Shown here piece by piece: positions 38,278 to 47,592 of a stretch of DNA of 64,000 nt. A program made the translations under genes and the position numbers. The stretch covers positions 722,714-786,713 of the forward strand of contig JBGLNM010000001.1 of the NCBI GenBank assembly GCA_041299705.1, read 5' to 3'. Each line of letters opens with the position of its first letter. The stretch's first letter is position 1. Source of the stretch: Desulfobacterales bacterium (GTDB taxonomy: Bacteria > Desulfobacterota > Desulfobacteria > Desulfobacterales > JBGLNM01). The notes below the pieces were generated by a model. That model saw only the letters and a program-made list of their open reading frames with translations, did no database searches and was not told the DNA's origin.

Positions 38278-38547
38278 GTGGAAGCCGTTGACCCGCGGTC
38301 GCTTTCCTTTCGGACTTTCCGGATGCCCCCGGGGTGGTCACCCCCCGGGCAGTACCCGGTCGCCGACCTCGCCCGGCTCATGGCCTCGCGCCGCTCCTGC
38401 CGCAACTATCTGAACCGGCCGGTGGCACGAGACCTGCTGGAGGACCTGGTGCGCATCGGCACCCTGGCCCCCTCGGGGACCAACAGCCAGAAGAGGACGT
38501 TCACGGTGCTGGCCGATCGCCGGAGCGTGGCCGCGCTGGGTCATGGC
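38278..38547 (+). pseudogene. Nitroreductase-family N-terminal fragment
   Basis: RRSCRNYLNRPV..L..LV..G.LAPSGTNSQ..FTVL, then similarity stops. Confidence 0.55.
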
Positions 38548-38650
38548 GTCCTGCTGGAAGACCCCCCAGCCGCCCAGGTAGACATCTTCAAGGATGAACG
38601 CGTTTTCATAGATACCTCCAAGGTAGCGGGTGATGAAGGGTGTTCAGCCC
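38548..38650 (-). pseudogene. ~30-codon remnant of a PotD/PotF-like solute-binding protein, paralogous to 39853-40983
   Basis: Minus-strand translation FITRYLGGIYENAFILEDVYLGGWGVFQQ. A 36-nt exact match (38554-38589) to 40699-40734. Confidence 0.55.
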
Positions 38651-38711
38651 GGGGGCGTGCGGCCATGGGGCGGCGGGACCGTTTACGGGAACGGCGACAG
38701 CCCGCGGACGC

Positions 38712-39812
38712 CTAAGGGTTGATCAGCCTTTTCCGCACCAGGCCATCGTGATGCCTGAGATAGGTTTTCTTGGCCAACCGCTTCAGGTGCCAGAAAAGCG
38801 CCGGCTCGAAACGGCGCAGCACCGGCGGGCGCGTCAACACATGGGCGGCCTCGTAAGGCAGGTAGCGCCAGCGCCAGAGCAGGGTCTCCGCCTCGACCCT
38901 GAAGGCGACCGTGCGTCCCTTGGGCTCCGGGGAATCGACGGCCAGGAGGGCCTTCATGATCCTCTCGTTCACCCGCCGGTTGAGCCGGATGCGCCCGGGG
39001 GGGTCGGAGGGGTCGATCCTGGGAAAAGAGGGGTTGGTGTTGACCTCGAAGACCTGGACCCGTCCGTCGACGAGGGCATAGTCGATCCGCCCGTAGTCGA
39101 CGCGGGCCAGGGACGCGACCCTCCGCAGCTGGTCGAGGTGGGAGTCGTCCCCCAGGAATCTTTCTATCTCGCGGATCAGATGGGAATCGAAAGGCACCTT
39201 GGTCATCTGGACCACCCACGAATCGCCGAAGATGACGTGTGCCGGGATGATCTCGCCGGCGACGACGAAGGCGCCGTACTTGCGGTAGTACCCCCTGCCG
39301 TCGGGGGCGGTGTGGCAGTATTCCGTGACGATGCGCCCTTCCCGGCTCCTGCCGCGGGAGAGCATCCTCCCGACGGCGTCGTCGAGTTCCCCCTGGGTGT
39401 GCAGCAGCGGCGTTTCCGATCTCCGGTGGTCGTTTTCGACCCGGATGAAGACCGGGAAGCGCTCGGGCCGGCGGCACTCGGTCAGGCGGTAGACGTTGAA
39501 GCGGTTGATGCCGGCTTCGTAAAGCGTGCGCAGCAGCTCGTAGCGCCGCATGGTCTCCAGGGGGTGGTTCAGGAGCCGGGTGCCGCCGCCGGAAGCCGCC
39601 AGGGCCTGCCAGGCCCTCCCGGCGCGTTCCAGTTCCTCGCCGCAAAGGCGTTCGATGTCGGAAAAGATGTACGTGCCGACGGGCAGCCGCGAACGGCGCA
39701 GGAGCCTGGGGTAGGCGATCAGTTCGAAGCGCGAGGCGGTTTCGCGCCCGAAGCCTGCCAGCAGGGTGTTGAGGGTGTAGGCATGGGCGCCGCTGAACAG
39801 GTAGCGGATCAT
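38712..39812 (-). CDS. Hypothetical protein, possibly ATP-grasp-like
   Basis: Pattern RPERFPVFIRVENDH..IVTEY..GYYRKYGAFVVAGEIIP..GRIDYALVDGRVQVFEVNTNP resembles ATP-grasp C-terminal halves. The assignment is tentative. Confidence 0.4.
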   Translation of the reverse strand: MIRYLFSGAHAYTLNTLLAGFGRETASRFELIAYPRLLRRSRLPVGTYIFSDIERLCGEELERAGRAWQALAASGGGTRLLNHPLETMRRYELLRTLYEAGINRFNVYRLTECRRPERFPVFIRVENDHRRSETPLLHTQGELDDAVGRMLSRGRSREGRIVTEYCHTAPDGRGYYRKYGAFVVAGEIIPAHVIFGDSWVVQMTKVPFDSHLIREIERFLGDDSHLDQLRRVASLARVDYGRIDYALVDGRVQVFEVNTNPSFPRIDPSDPPGRIRLNRRVNERIMKALLAVDSPEPKGRTVAFRVEAETLLWRWRYLPYEAAHVLTRPPVLRRFEPALFWHLKRLAKKTYLRHHDGLVRKRLINP

Positions 39813-39852
39813 GGGCAGGCCTCCTCCGGGTGCCCGCTGGCCGCGGGCATTT

Positions 39853-40983
39853 TCATTTCTTTCCCAGCCATGCGTTCCAGCGCTGGGTCAGGGCGTCCTG
39901 GTTGTCCAGCCAGAACCCGATGGATTCCTCGGTCCCCATGAAAAGGGCGCTCTTCAGGTTGTCCTTCAGGGGGCGGCCCTTCACCGCCTCCGCGTCCATC
40001 CTGTCGATGACCCTGATCAGGGGCAGGGTGGAATTGGTGAGGGTCGCCACTTCCAGGTGCCGGTCGGAGGAGACGAAAAACCCGAGGAAGCCGTAGGCCA
40101 GGTCGATGTGGGGCGAAGCGGCCAGGACCGCCCAGGAGTCCACCGCGTAAACGGCGCGGTCCCAGATGAGGTCGAGGCTCAGCCCCTCGTTGCGCCCCCG
40201 GAAGACCCGGGTGCTGTAGCTGGTGCTCAGCATGACGTCCCCGCTCAGGAGCCGGTCCGTGGACTGGGCGCCGGCTTCCCAGAGCATGAGGTGGGGCTTG
40301 ATCCGGTCGAGCTTCCTGAAGGCGCGGTCCACGCCTTCGGGGGTGGCCAGGACCTCGTAGACTTGCTCCCGGGGCACGCCGTCGGCCATCAGGGCCATCT
40401 CGAGATTGATTTTCGGGCCCTCGCGCAGGCCGCGCTTGCCGGGCCAGGTCTTCAGGTCCCAGAAATCCTCCAGCCGGGTCGGGACCTTGCCCACCTTTTC
40501 CGGGCTGAACGCCACCCCGGAGGCCCAGATCGACAGCCCGACGCCGCATTCGCTGACCGCCTCGGGCATGAACTGGGCGCGATCGGCCACCCGGGCCCAG
40601 TCGATGGGAAGGAAAACCCCCTCCTCGCAGCCGCGCATGAGTTCCGCGGACTCCACCTGGACCACGTCCCAGGGCACCTGCCCCGTCTCCTTCATGGCCT
40701 GGAAGACCCCCCAGCCGCCCAGGTAGACATCTTCCAGGACACGGATCTTCCTCGCCTCGGCAAAAGGCTTGAAGTAATGCTCGCGGCGCACCTCCTGGGT
40801 GGTGCCGCCCCAGGCGACCACCGTGAAATCCCTCGCCTGGGCCCATGCGGCCGCGGGTACCAGGGCGGCGGCCAGGAGCAGAAGGGCGCCGGCCGTCACG
40901 GGGCAGGGCCGGCGGCCGCGGCGGCCGGCCCTGCGGTCCGGATGCCGGGGTTCGTATCCGTGGGTCGATGAACGCGTTTTCAT
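39853..40983 (-). CDS. ABC transporter periplasmic solute-binding protein (spermidine/putrescine PotD/PotF-like)
   Basis: Arg-rich signal RRAGRRGRRP..LLLLAAALVPAAAWA. FTVVAWGG and VLEDVYLGGWGVFQAMKE. Confidence 0.75.
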   Translation of the reverse strand: MKTRSSTHGYEPRHPDRRAGRRGRRPCPVTAGALLLLAAALVPAAAWAQARDFTVVAWGGTTQEVRREHYFKPFAEARKIRVLEDVYLGGWGVFQAMKETGQVPWDVVQVESAELMRGCEEGVFLPIDWARVADRAQFMPEAVSECGVGLSIWASGVAFSPEKVGKVPTRLEDFWDLKTWPGKRGLREGPKINLEMALMADGVPREQVYEVLATPEGVDRAFRKLDRIKPHLMLWEAGAQSTDRLLSGDVMLSTSYSTRVFRGRNEGLSLDLIWDRAVYAVDSWAVLAASPHIDLAYGFLGFFVSSDRHLEVATLTNSTLPLIRVIDRMDAEAVKGRPLKDNLKSALFMGTEESIGFWLDNQDALTQRWNAWLGKK

Positions 40984-41080
40984 GGGCACCTCGACTGTTT
41001 CTGCCGCGGGAAGCCGGGGCCCCCCGCGGGGTTGAAGGAATCCGGCGCGGCTTCGACGCCGGGGTTCGCCGGTCTTGCGT

Positions 41081-41917
41081 TCAGGCCGGCCCGGCCTCGC
41101 CGCGGCGCCTGAGCCCCCAGGAGCGCAGGACATGCACGACGGCATAAAACACCAGGGAAATGCCGGTCAGCAGGGTGGCCACGGCCACCAGGGACGGGTC
41201 CATGTGCTCCCGCAGGTCGCTGAAAAGCTGCCGCGGAAGCGTCTGCTGGGCCGGGGATGCCAGGAAGAGCGCGATCACCACGTCGTCGAAGGAGGTGACG
41301 AAGGCGAAGACCGCCCCGGCGAAAATCCCCGGGAGGTTCAAGGGGAGCGCGGTGGACCAGAACGCCTGGAGGGGCGTGGCGCCGAGGCTCATGGCAGCCC
41401 GGACCAGGGCGCGGTCGAACCCCTGGAGCGAGGCCGTGACGGTGATGAAGACAAAGGGGACGGAGACCACCGTGTGGGCCAGGATGATGGCCGTGAAGCT
41501 GCCCAGCAGGCCGGCCTCGGCCATGAAGAAATAGGCCGCCAGGGCAGTGATCACCACCGGCACCACCAGAGGGCTCGTGATGAGCGCCATGAGCAGGGCC
41601 TTGAACCTGAACTCGGAGCTGGTGAACCCGTAAGCGCACAGGGTGCCCAGGACGGTCGCCAGCCCCGTGGTGGCCAGGGCGATCCAGAGGCTGTTGAAAA
41701 AGGCGAAGCGCCAGGGGTAAGGCGCGAGGATCGTGTCGTACCACCTCAGCGAGAAGCCCGGCAGGGGGTACCTGAGAAAGGTGCCGCTGCTGAAGGAGAT
41801 GGGGATCACGGCGGCCAGGGGCAGGACCATGTAGGCCAGGAAGATCGCCGCCAGGAGGCGCAGGCCGATCCAGGAGGCGATCTGGAAGCCCGACATGTGG
41901 GAAAGCGGGTGCTTCAC
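41081..41917 (-). CDS. ABC transporter permease (PotC-like)
   Basis: Six TM segments and the EAA-loop region RAAMSLGATPLQAFWSTALP. Confidence 0.8.
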   Translation of the reverse strand: MKHPLSHMSGFQIASWIGLRLLAAIFLAYMVLPLAAVIPISFSSGTFLRYPLPGFSLRWYDTILAPYPWRFAFFNSLWIALATTGLATVLGTLCAYGFTSSEFRFKALLMALITSPLVVPVVITALAAYFFMAEAGLLGSFTAIILAHTVVSVPFVFITVTASLQGFDRALVRAAMSLGATPLQAFWSTALPLNLPGIFAGAVFAFVTSFDDVVIALFLASPAQQTLPRQLFSDLREHMDPSLVAVATLLTGISLVFYAVVHVLRSWGLRRRGEAGPA

Positions 41918-41933
41918 TGCCGGTGTCGCCCTC

Positions 41934-42581
41934 CTATCGGCCGGCTTTCAGGCTGCCGTGGCCCACGAAACGGTTGAACAGCGGGTAGAGGGCCGCCACG
42001 CAGGCCAGCAGGATCACGGAGAGGGCCGCCGCCATGTTCCAGTTGGCCGTTTCCATGGCGTACCCGGCGATGACCATGCTGATCATCTGGTCGCGGATCC
42101 CGCCGACCAGGGCCGGGGTGACATAGAAACCGAGGCACTGGATGAACACCAGGAGGCAGCCGGCAACGATGCCCGGCGCGGTCTGGGGCAGGTAGACCGA
42201 CCCGAAGGCCGACAGCGGCGCGGCGCCGAGGGATTCGGCGGCCCTGAGCTGATCGGGCCGGATGGTCTTCATGACGCTGTAGAGCGGCAGCACCATGAAC
42301 GGCAGCATCACGTAGACCATGGCCACGTAAACGCCGAACCGGTTGTAGATCATCTCAAGGGGCTCGGCGATGACGCCCAGGGCCGTCAGGAGGCCGTTGA
42401 GGATCCCCTCCCTTTGGAGCACGACGATCCAGGCCGCGGTCCGCACCAGCACCGAGGTCCAGAAGGGCAGCAGCACCACCGCGAGGAGAAGCCCGCTCCA
42501 GCGCCCGGGGGTCGTCGCCATGAAAAACGCCAGCGGGTAGGCCGACACCAGGCAGATCAGGGTCACGACGAAGCTGATCCA
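41934..42581 (-). CDS. ABC transporter permease (PotB-like), lacking ~70 N-terminal residues
   Basis: EAA loop [19 protein letters not shown]. An in-frame TGA lies just upstream of [11 protein letters not shown]. No ATPase gene is present upstream. Confidence 0.7.
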   Translation of the reverse strand, partial: WISFVVTLICLVSAYPLAFFMATTPGRWSGLLLAVVLLPFWTSVLVRTAAWIVVLQREGILNGLLTALGVIAEPLEMIYNRFGVYVAMVYVMLPFMVLPLYSVMKTIRPDQLRAAESLGAAPLSAFGSVYLPQTAPGIVAGCLLVFIQCLGFYVTPALVGGIRDQMISMVIAGYAMETANWNMAAALSVILLACVAALYPLFNRFVGHGSLKAGR

Positions 42582-42732
42582 AGCGCTTCAGGATACCCGC
42601 GGACCGCTCGGACAACCTGGCCCACCGGCCCCCTGCGTCCATGCTCGGGCCCAGTCTGCACAGGCGTTCCCTCAGGCATCTGACGCCCTGAACCGAGGGC
42701 TGGGACGGACGGGGCGCGGACGTCCGCCCCCG

Positions 42733-43278
42733 TCACCCCGCGGCGGATCGGGAGCCGGCTATCCCGGCCTTCCTGATTTCGTGCGCGTTTTCAAAGGCAA
42801 CCACCATTTCCAGCTGCCGGTCGTCGATGCCGGGTACCGCCACAACCGGGCGGAACCGGCGGTGCCGGCGCAGCCCGCCGCCCCGGGTTTCCTCGACCTG
42901 CAGGGTTCCCAGCAGGCTGTAATTGGCGCCGCAGGAGGCCAGAAGGGCCATCAGGACCGAATCGCAGCGCAGGCTGTTGATGAACAGGTCCATGGGGTTG
43001 CGGGTCCAGCGGGCGCTGAAGACGATCCGGCTGATTTTTTCGCGGTAGCCCGTGAGCTGCCAGTGGGCGATGCGGCGGTTGTTGATCACGGCCACGGCCG
43101 AGAACTCGAGGGTCCGGTTCCCCTCCCTGAAGCTCTGGCGGTTGAAGGCCAGGTAGCGCAGGTTTTCGGTGCTTTCCGGCATGCCGCTGACGATGAGGAT
43201 GTCTTTCATGAGGGCGACGTCCGCCGGCACCACCCGGTAGAGTGCCTGGATCAAGTCGCCGATGAAATCTGGGCTCAT
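42733..43278 (-). CDS. Hypothetical protein (181 aa)
   Basis: Coding-like composition from MSPDFIGDLIQ. No family recognised. Confidence 0.4.
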   Translation of the reverse strand: MSPDFIGDLIQALYRVVPADVALMKDILIVSGMPESTENLRYLAFNRQSFREGNRTLEFSAVAVINNRRIAHWQLTGYREKISRIVFSARWTRNPMDLFINSLRCDSVLMALLASCGANYSLLGTLQVEETRGGGLRRHRRFRPVVAVPGIDDRQLEMVVAFENAHEIRKAGIAGSRSAAG

Positions 43279-43446
43279 GGGGTGGGCCTCCGGTTGAGTA
43301 TCCTCATGGCGGTATGCGCTTTTGGCCCCGATGAATCGCCCATGTCTCATATCACACTCAGCCCATGTGTCAACAGCCCTGATTTGAGCCGCGGAATCGG
43401 CGTGTCGCGGGCGTGGGACCCTGCGCCGCAGCGGCGCCTGAACGGG

Positions 43447-43479
43447 AAAAGGGCGGGTCTTGAAAGACCCGCCCTTTTT
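43447..43479 (-). terminator. Rho-independent (bidirectional) terminator after the IPTL-CTERM gene
   Basis: Stem GGGCGGGTCTT/AAGACCCGCCC flanked by an A-run and a T-run. Confidence 0.75.
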
Positions 43480-43512
43480 CGGCGTCGCTTGCGGTCGCTG
43501 TGGGGCCGGAGG

Positions 43513-44376
43513 TCAGGCCTTCCTGCGCCGGAGCCTCATCAGGGCGACACCCAGCAGGACCGCCATGAAAGCGATGAGGCCCCACTGGTTGAGGGTGGGA
43601 ACCGGCTGCGGGCAGGCGCCGGGGGCCCACTCGCCAGCGCACAGGATCGGGGTCGTGTCGACGCACTGGCCGTTTTCCAGCACGCAGGCGCCCCTGTTGG
43701 GGGAGCAGATGACGTCATAGTCATCGCAGGTCTGATTCGGGTTCCAGATGCCGCTGTAGCTGTCGAGGCACTCCGCCTGGGTGGTGTAATGGCAGCCTCC
43801 GTCGAGCAGATCGTTGTCCCCCGCGCCCTTCAGGACGCCGTTGGGCACGCCCGGGCAGCAGGCGCCCAGCTCTTCGGTGCAGACGCCCTCCGTTCTGCAA
43901 TCGGAGTAGTCGCCCCGATAGTCATAGTCGAATTTGCATTTCAACGCGTCGGCAACGCTGCCGGCGAAGGCGCACCATGCGGAAGGAAGGGTCAGGCAGC
44001 CAGGAAGGATCCTGCACAGGTTGATTTCCTCCGGTGAGCCCGGATCGGCAGGCGGTGATGCCGGCGGTTGGGTGTCCTCTTCCGTGCTGCAGCAAGCCCC
44101 GGCAGGGCAGACATCGGGAGCGCCGCACTGCGAACCGATGCCGTTGAAAAGGCCGCCGGCCTGGTTGCACGTGCTTTCGGTCAGCGGCAGACAGAAGTCC
44201 CACTTGAACAGCCCCTCCTCCAGTTCCCCGATTGGAACCGAGAGGTCCGGAGGGTTGAGGCAGCAGGCCCCCTTGTCAGCTGACCCCCCTTCCTCTACCC
44301 CCAGCGCCGGAAGTGAAAAAAAGACCAGCGCAATCCCCACCACCGCGGCCACCGCCGTCGATCCAATCCTTCCCAT
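43513..44376 (-). CDS. Secreted cysteine-rich protein with a C-terminal IPTL-CTERM sorting signal
   Basis: Signal/TM segment AVAAVVGIALVFFSLPALG. Recurrent G-A-C-C motifs. C-terminus VPTLNQWGLIAFMAVLLGVALMRLRRRKA. RBS AAGGAGG. Confidence 0.75.
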   Translation of the reverse strand: MGRIGSTAVAAVVGIALVFFSLPALGVEEGGSADKGACCLNPPDLSVPIGELEEGLFKWDFCLPLTESTCNQAGGLFNGIGSQCGAPDVCPAGACCSTEEDTQPPASPPADPGSPEEINLCRILPGCLTLPSAWCAFAGSVADALKCKFDYDYRGDYSDCRTEGVCTEELGACCPGVPNGVLKGAGDNDLLDGGCHYTTQAECLDSYSGIWNPNQTCDDYDVICSPNRGACVLENGQCVDTTPILCAGEWAPGACPQPVPTLNQWGLIAFMAVLLGVALMRLRRRKA

Positions 44377-44576
44377 TCCCCCCCTCCTTTTGGCACATGA
44401 CAATAAAATAGATCTGATTATAGACAAGTAACCCTCCCCGGGGCCCGAGATCCCGGGAAACAGGCGATGCGGCCGCCTCCCATCCGCCCGGGCGGGATCG
44501 ATGGCGGTTGCCAGGCGGGATGCGGGTGTGCTATACGGCAGGCTCATTCGAGGGGTTCATTGCTGAAAGGATTGCC

Positions 44577-45662
44577 ATGAAGCGCGCGTTGATCACCGGC
44601 GCCACGGGGCAGGACGGCGCCTACCTGGCGGAGTTGCTCCTGGAAAAGGGCTACGAGGTTCACGGCATCAAGCGCCGGGCGTCCTCTTTCAACACCGCGC
44701 GGATCGACCACCTGTATGCCGATTTTCACGAGAAGGACGTCCGCTTTTTCCTGCATTACGGCGACCTGACCGACGCGACCAACCTCATCCGCGTGATCCA
44801 GGAAGTGCAGCCGGACGAGATTTACAACCTGGCGGCCCAGAGCCATGTCAAGGTCTCCTTCGAGTCGCCGGAATACACCGCCGACACCGATGCCCTGGGG
44901 ACCCTGCGCCTTCTGGAAGCCATCCGCATCCTCGGCCTGGAGAAAAAGACCCGCTTCTACCAGGCCTCGACCTCCGAGCTTTACGGCAAGGTCCAGGAAG
45001 TCCCCCAGAACGAGAAGACCCCTTTTTACCCGCGTTCGCCTTACGCCGTCGCCAAGCTTTACGCCTACTGGATCACCGTCAATTACCGCGAGGCCTACGG
45101 GATTTACGCCTGCAACGGGATCCTCTTCAACCACGAATCCCCCGTCCGCGGGGAGACCTTCGTCACCAAGAAGATCACGCGTGCCATGGCCCGCATCAAG
45201 CTCGGGCTGCAGCAGCGGCTGTACATCGGCAACCTGGATGCCAGGCGCGACTGGGGGCACGCCAGGGACTACGTGGTGATGCAGTGGCTCATGCTCCAGC
45301 AGGAGGCGCCCGAGGACTACGTCATCGCCACCGGGGAGCAGCACTCGGTCAGGGAGGTGATCGAACTGGCCGGCGCCAGGCTCGGCCTTCCCATCCGCTG
45401 GGAGGGACACGGGGTGGAGGAGAAGGGGGTCGACGCGGCCAGCGGCCGGGTCGTCGTCGAGGTGGACCCGACCTATTTCCGGCCCACCGAGGTGGACACC
45501 CTGCTGGGGGACCCGACCAAGGCCCGGGAGAAGCTCGGGTGGCGGCCGCGCATCCGTTTCGAGGAGCTGATCTCCGAAATGGTGGAAGCCGACCTCAAGG
45601 AGGCCGAGCGCGATCACCTCTGCATCCAGGGCGGTTTCCAGACATTCAACCAGTTCGATTGA
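44577..45662 (+). CDS. gmd: GDP-mannose 4,6-dehydratase
   Basis: [58 protein letters not shown]. Confidence 0.9.
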   Translation: MKRALITGATGQDGAYLAELLLEKGYEVHGIKRRASSFNTARIDHLYADFHEKDVRFFLHYGDLTDATNLIRVIQEVQPDEIYNLAAQSHVKVSFESPEYTADTDALGTLRLLEAIRILGLEKKTRFYQASTSELYGKVQEVPQNEKTPFYPRSPYAVAKLYAYWITVNYREAYGIYACNGILFNHESPVRGETFVTKKITRAMARIKLGLQQRLYIGNLDARRDWGHARDYVVMQWLMLQQEAPEDYVIATGEQHSVREVIELAGARLGLPIRWEGHGVEEKGVDAASGRVVVEVDPTYFRPTEVDTLLGDPTKAREKLGWRPRIRFEELISEMVEADLKEAERDHLCIQGGFQTFNQFD

Positions 45663-45701
45663 GGGGTGAGGCCCGCAGTGAAACCACTCAACCTGGAGCC
45701 G

Positions 45702-45800
45702 ATGCACGCCCGCTCGCGGATTTTCGTGGCCGGACACCGGGGGATGGTCGGCTCGGCCGTCTGCCGGGGGCTGGGCGCGGCCGGCTGCACTCACCTAGTC
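45702..45800 (+). pseudogene. fcl: GDP-L-fucose synthase, first ~33 codons only
   Basis: RIFVAGHRGMVGSAVCRGL..G is the typical Fcl N-terminus in the usual position after gmd. It breaks off at ~45800. Confidence 0.65.
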
Positions 45801-45810
45801 ACTCCGATCT

Positions 45811-47298
45811 ATGATCAGGCACAAGATGGAGCAGGTGGGGATGCGGGCGGAGGTTCTCGGCAGCTACAAGAAATTTTACAGCATCCACGAGAAGATGGTC
45901 GCCCAGGACCTCCCCTTCGAGCAGATCTACGATCTCATCGCATTCCGCGTCATCGTCGACACGATCCCCCAGTGCTACGAGGCACTGGGGCACATCCACT
46001 CCATGTGGCGGCCCATCGACTCGAAGTTCAAGGACTATATCGGCCGGCCCAAGCCCAACATGTACCAGTCCCTGCACACCACCGTCGTGGGGCCCGAAGG
46101 CGAGCGGCTGGAAGTCCAGATCCGGACCCAGCAGATGGACCAGGTGGCCAAGTCCGGCATCGCCGCCCACTGGAGCTACAAAGAAGACCGCCAGGTGGAC
46201 GAGAGGATCCGCGAAACCTTCGCCTGGATCCAGAACCTGGTGGAGAACCAGGCCGACTTCAAGGACCCCAGCGAGTTCCTGGAAAACGTCCGCATCGACC
46301 TCTTCCCGGACGAGATCTACCTTTTCACCCCCACCGGGGAGGTCAAATCCCTGCCCAAGGGGGCCACCCCGGTCGATTTCGCCTACATGATCCACACCGA
46401 GGTGGGCAACCAGTGCACCGGCGCCAAGGTCAACGGGCGGATGGTCCCCCTCAGCCACGAACTTTCGACCGGCGACATCGTCGAAATTTTCACCACCAAG
46501 CATCACCACCCCAGCAAGGACTGGCTCAAATTCGTCAGGAGCGTCAAGGCGCGCACGCGCATCCGACAGTGGATCAAGACCCAGGAGATGGGCCGCAGCC
46601 TGTCCCTGGGCCGGGAAATGTGCGAAAAGGAGTTCCGCAAGCACAAGCTGAATTTCAACAACCTGCTGAAATCGGAGGAAATGGATGCGTCCGTGGCGTT
46701 CTTCGGGTTGAAGACCGTCGACGACCTGATCGCCAGCGTGGGCTACGGAAAGATCACGCCCCTTCAGGTCCTGCGCCGCTTCGCGGCGCGCACGGAGGAG
46801 GAAGAGGGAAACCGTTCCCTGCTGGACAAGATCATCAGCCGGGTCCGGCGCAAGAAACCGCGGGTGGGGGTGATCGTCCGGGGGGTCGACGACATCCTGG
46901 TGCGTTTCGGGAAATGCTGCCAGCCGGTGCCGGGGGATCCGATCGTGGGCTACATCACCCGCGGCGCCGGTGTCACGGTGCACCGGACCAGCTGCCTGAA
47001 CGCCCTCAAGATGAGCCCGGAACGCCAGATCGAGGTCCAGTGGAGCGACGATATCAGGGAGTCATACCCGGTCCGCATCCGGATCTCCTCCATCGACCGG
47101 GTGGGCCTGCTGGCGGACGTGGCCTCCAACATCAGCAAGCTCGGCGCCAACATTCTCAGCGTCAACACCAAAACCTACGAAGACAACACGGTCGACAGCC
47201 TGTTCACCCTGACCGTGGAGAACACGGCGCACCTGAAGCGGGTGGTGTCGGCGCTCGCGAAGGTGAAACAGGTTCAGGGGGTGAAGCGGATCAGGTAG
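45811..47298 (+). CDS. relA: RelA/SpoT-family (p)ppGpp synthetase, lacking the N-terminal HD hydrolase domain and the start of the synthetase domain
   Basis: YSIHEKM..DLIAFRVIV..YQSLHTTV..EVQIRTQQMD synthetase core. TGS (GATPVDFAYMIHTEVG), zinc-finger/CC region (CCQPVPGDPIVGYITRG.GVTVH) and ACT domain. Confidence 0.85.
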   Translation: MIRHKMEQVGMRAEVLGSYKKFYSIHEKMVAQDLPFEQIYDLIAFRVIVDTIPQCYEALGHIHSMWRPIDSKFKDYIGRPKPNMYQSLHTTVVGPEGERLEVQIRTQQMDQVAKSGIAAHWSYKEDRQVDERIRETFAWIQNLVENQADFKDPSEFLENVRIDLFPDEIYLFTPTGEVKSLPKGATPVDFAYMIHTEVGNQCTGAKVNGRMVPLSHELSTGDIVEIFTTKHHHPSKDWLKFVRSVKARTRIRQWIKTQEMGRSLSLGREMCEKEFRKHKLNFNNLLKSEEMDASVAFFGLKTVDDLIASVGYGKITPLQVLRRFAARTEEEEGNRSLLDKIISRVRRKKPRVGVIVRGVDDILVRFGKCCQPVPGDPIVGYITRGAGVTVHRTSCLNALKMSPERQIEVQWSDDIRESYPVRIRISSIDRVGLLADVASNISKLGANILSVNTKTYEDNTVDSLFTLTVENTAHLKRVVSALAKVKQVQGVKRIR

Positions 47299-47313
47299 GC
47301 GGGCATCCCTCGG

Positions 47314-47505
47314 TCAGGCGGTTTTCAGCACGCGGCCGGACTTGATGCAGCCGGTACAGACCATGATCCGCATGACCCGGCCCTCGCGGAGCGTGCGCAC
47401 TCTTTGCAGGTTGGGGTTGAATCGGCGCTTGGTCACGTTGTGGGCATGGCTGACGTTGTGGCCGACCCGGGGCCGCTTGCCGCATATCGCGCACATCTTG
47501 GACAT
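47314..47505 (-). CDS. rpmB: Ribosomal protein L28
   Basis: [34 protein letters not shown]. Confidence 0.9.
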   Translation of the reverse strand: MSKMCAICGKRPRVGHNVSHAHNVTKRRFNPNLQRVRTLREGRVMRIMVCTGCIKSGRVLKTA

Positions 47506-47592
47506 GATCGTGTCTCCTGAGGGTGGCGGTGGTTTAAAGTAAGAAATTTATCCCAAAAACAGCCCTGTGTAAAGGGTTTTTTCCGAACGCCC

